NCBI GenBank assembly: GCA_963422735.1
Contig: OY730476.1
Location: 1,952,001 to 2,016,000 of the forward strand
From: Candidatus Latescibacterota bacterium
GTDB taxonomy: Bacteria > Latescibacterota > UBA2968 > UBA8231
Direction of reading: 5' to 3'
Length of the DNA stretch: 64,000 nt
Position 1 is the first letter of the stretch, and every line of letters starts with the position of its first letter. Shown here one piece after another: positions 58,805 to 64,000 of this stretch. Position numbers and translations under genes: made by a program. A model generated the notes under the pieces. That model made no database searches, was not told the DNA's origin, and worked only from the letters and a program-made list of their open reading frames with translations.

Positions 58805-59824
58805 ATGCCAGACAAACTCAAACTCGCCTTTATTGGCTGCGGTGCCATCGCTCGCTTTCACCTCGACGGCATCAAGGGCCACGCTCCCCGCATCGCCGTC
58901 ACCGCGTTAGTCGATCTCGACGAATTCAAAGCGCAAGCCTACGCCGCTGAAACCAACGGACAGGCCTTCACCTCGCTCGACGAAGCCCTCTCAAGAGGCG
59001 ACTTCGACGCCGTCGATATCATGCTGCCCCACGACCTACACGAATCCATCGCCCTCCAATGCCTCGCCGCCGGCAAGCACGTGCTGTTAGAAAAGCCCAT
59101 GGCCCCCACCCTCGACGCCTGCGACCGCATTCTCGCGGCCGCCCGCGAGGCCCCGGGCGTCTTCATGATCGCTGAAAACAGCCAGTACTGGCCCGAAATT
59201 GTCGAGGCCCAAAAGTTTCTTGCAGCCGGAGCTATCGGCGAGATCATCACCGCCCGCGCGGCCTTTGTCTATCCTTTTGACGACTACTGGTTCAAAGAAG
59301 AGCGGCCTTGGCGCTACGAACAGGGGCGCACCGGCGGCGGCATCGCCATCGACGGAGGCTCGCACTGGATCCGGCCCTTGCGCATGTGGATGGGCGAAAT
59401 CAAAGAGGTAGTCGGCGTGTTGGGGCATCCGCTCGCGCAAATGGAGGGCGAGTCCCTCGCCCGTGCGCTCTTTCGCTTTGACTCGGGCAAGACCGCCGTT
59501 TTCGACGCCATGATGATCGACACGGTCTTTGCCCCGGACCCTTGGTGGCGTATCACCGGCACCAAGGGAGAGCTGACCATCAACGCGGGACTCGACGGTG
59601 CCGAACTCTGGCTGTGGGACGCAGACCATCCCGAGGGCAAGCGGCTTTTTGCGAGCTTAGGGTACACCGAGTCCTTTGGGCCGGAACTGGCCGATTTTGC
59701 CGCCGCCATCCTCGACGGCAAGGCCCCAGACGCGCCGCCGGAGCACGCTCTCGGCGAGCTGCGCACGGCCTTGGCCCTCTATCGCTCGGCCACGAGCCAG
59801 CGTTGGGAAAAGGTGTGGGCGTGA
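58805..59824 (+). CDS. Gfo/Idh/MocA family oxidoreductase
   Basis: Start moved to ATG 58805 after GGAG; IGCGAIA, GKHVLLEKPMA and GGGIAIDGGSHW motifs. Confidence 0.9.
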   Translation: MPDKLKLAFIGCGAIARFHLDGIKGHAPRIAVTALVDLDEFKAQAYAAETNGQAFTSLDEALSRGDFDAVDIMLPHDLHESIALQCLAAGKHVLLEKPMAPTLDACDRILAAAREAPGVFMIAENSQYWPEIVEAQKFLAAGAIGEIITARAAFVYPFDDYWFKEERPWRYEQGRTGGGIAIDGGSHWIRPLRMWMGEIKEVVGVLGHPLAQMEGESLARALFRFDSGKTAVFDAMMIDTVFAPDPWWRITGTKGELTINAGLDGAELWLWDADHPEGKRLFASLGYTESFGPELADFAAAILDGKAPDAPPEHALGELRTALALYRSATSQRWEKVWA

Positions 59825-60013
59825 TGTTGCACGAACCTCTCCTTTGGGATATATTCAGCCCTTGCGAGGTAGTTCCTCGAAGCACCGAGCATGTTCGACC
59901 CTTGGACTCTTCCCAACACCCTATCGCCCTCCTTTTTAATCTCAGCGGCAAAGGCTGTCAAGGCCGAGATGCCCTCTCGATTCAAAACGCATTAGTTATA
60001 GAATAGGAAAGAA

Positions 60014-62644
<2,631 letters not shown>

Positions 62645-62653
62645 ACTTCTGCC

Positions 62654-63421
62654 GTGAGTCGGGTCATCGCCATATCCAATCAAAAAGGAGGAGTCGGCAA
62701 GACTACTACAGCCGTCAACTTGGCGGCCTGCCTCGCCGTGGCCGAGCAAAAGACCCTGCTCATCGACATGGACCCACAGGCCAACGCCACTTCTGGCTGC
62801 GGCTTTCAGAACAGCAAGGAAGTCGAAACATCCAATATCTACCACGCGCTGATCGGACAAAAGGCGACTGCCGAGGTCACCTACGAGACCAAGATATCCT
62901 TCCTGTCCTTGATCCCCTCGCACATTAACCTGACGGGTGCCGAGGTCGAGATGGTCAACATGATCGCCCGCGAGCAGAAGTTGGAGGGGCTGCTCGACCA
63001 AGTCCGCGACCAATACGCCTATATCATTCTCGACTGTCCGCCCTCTTTGGGGCTGCTAACCCTCAACTCTCTGACCGCGGCCGACTCGGTGATGATACCC
63101 ATTCAGTGTGAGTACTACGCGCTAGAAGGCCTCGGCCGACTGCTCAACACCGTGCGTCAGATCCAACGCCATCTCAACCCCAAGCTCCAGATAGCTGGCG
63201 TCCTGCTCACCATGTTTGACGGACGCTTGAACCTATCGCGCCAAGTATCTTCAGAGGTCAAGTCCTACTTCGGCAACAAGGTGTACAAGACCTCCATCAG
63301 CCGCAATGTACGCCTAGCCGAGGCCCCTAGCCACGGCCAACCCATCGTGCTCTACGACATCTTGTCGCAGGGATCTCAGGATTACATGAGCCTCGCAGGA
63401 GAAGTGATCGACCATGGGTAA
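62654..63421 (+). CDS. parA: Chromosome partitioning ATPase ParA/Soj
   Basis: [33 protein letters not shown] and RLAEAPSHG motifs. Confidence 0.96.
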   Translation: MSRVIAISNQKGGVGKTTTAVNLAACLAVAEQKTLLIDMDPQANATSGCGFQNSKEVETSNIYHALIGQKATAEVTYETKISFLSLIPSHINLTGAEVEMVNMIAREQKLEGLLDQVRDQYAYIILDCPPSLGLLTLNSLTAADSVMIPIQCEYYALEGLGRLLNTVRQIQRHLNPKLQIAGVLLTMFDGRLNLSRQVSSEVKSYFGNKVYKTSISRNVRLAEAPSHGQPIVLYDILSQGSQDYMSLAGEVIDHG

Positions 63422-64000
63422 AAAGCCGGTCCTCGGCAAGGGCATCAGCGCCCTCATCCCGGAATATGCCGAACCTAGCGGCCAAGGCGACGCCTCGCGC
63501 CAGATCGTCTATCTCAACGTCGACGAGATCGAACCCAACCCCTATCAAGCCCGCACCGAGTTCGACGAGGAGCGCATCGACGAGCTAATGCACTCGATCC
63601 AAGAGAAAGGCGTCATCCAGCCCATCACTGTCAACCGCATCGGCCAGAGCTACCAGCTCATCGCTGGCGAGCGCCGTTGGCAAGCCACCAAGAAGGCGGG
63701 GATCCAAGAAATACCAGCGATCATCCACGAAATCGAGTCTCAGCAAGACTTGATGGAGCTATCACTGATCGAGAACATCCAGCGCGAAAACCTGACCCCC
63801 ATCGAAGAAGCCGAAGGCTACCGCTCGCTGACCGATAAGTGCTTTCTCACGCAGGAGGAAGTCGCCCGCAAGGTGGGGAAAAATCGCTCGACCGTGACCA
63901 ATCTCCTCAGGCTGTTGCAATTGCCGCACGAAGTCCAAGAATTCTTGCGCCGCAGCCAATTGCAGATGGGACACGCCCGCGCCCTGCTCGGCCTCGAAGA
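63414..64000 (+). CDS. parB: Chromosome partitioning protein ParB/Spo0J, 3' end outside window
   Basis: Not in the ORF track. Translates [16 protein letters not shown]...PNPYQAR..F...GVIQPI...IAGERRW...[15 protein letters not shown]...GHARALL. Confidence 0.95.
   Translation, partial: MGKKPVLGKGISALIPEYAEPSGQGDASRQIVYLNVDEIEPNPYQARTEFDEERIDELMHSIQEKGVIQPITVNRIGQSYQLIAGERRWQATKKAGIQEIPAIIHEIESQQDLMELSLIENIQRENLTPIEEAEGYRSLTDKCFLTQEEVARKVGKNRSTVTNLLRLLQLPHEVQEFLRRSQLQMGHARALLGLE

Overview
GC-rich bacterial DNA, gene-dense, with no rRNA, tRNA, CRISPR array or transposase visible. The gene content suggests an uncultured FCB-group diderm such as Ca. Latescibacterota; this is an inference and not verified. 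Housekeeping genes flank the window: a partial aroA on the left, and galU, a larA-family gene, ilvBN, ppdK, parA and a partial parB on the right. The core, about 1.3-36 kb, is a large cell-envelope/export locus made of two paralogous minus-strand cassettes plus a divergent plus-strand operon. It encodes: (i) three paralogous 830-1080 aa secreted proteins ending in a T9SS type-B/FlgD-like C-terminal domain; (ii) CBM9-like secreted proteins ending in a short T-x-V-[ED]-x2-[ST]-W-G-[RK]-[ILV]-K tail; (iii) two paralogous lipoproteins; (iv) a PorV/PorP-like barrel and a 916-aa probable barrel of unknown family; (v) a SurA/PrsA-like PPIase and a 1081-aa TPR protein; and (vi) an ExbB-ExbD motor followed by a protein with a TonB-like S-x3-H membrane anchor fused to DUF4159. 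Together these suggest a non-canonical, ExbBD-energised, T9SS-like secretion/surface-display system. Non-coding highlights are a sigma70 promoter bracketed by a 19-bp perfect inverted repeat (candidate invertible promoter) and two copies of a ~125-bp MITE-like element. All product calls come from motif recognition by eye; no searches were run.
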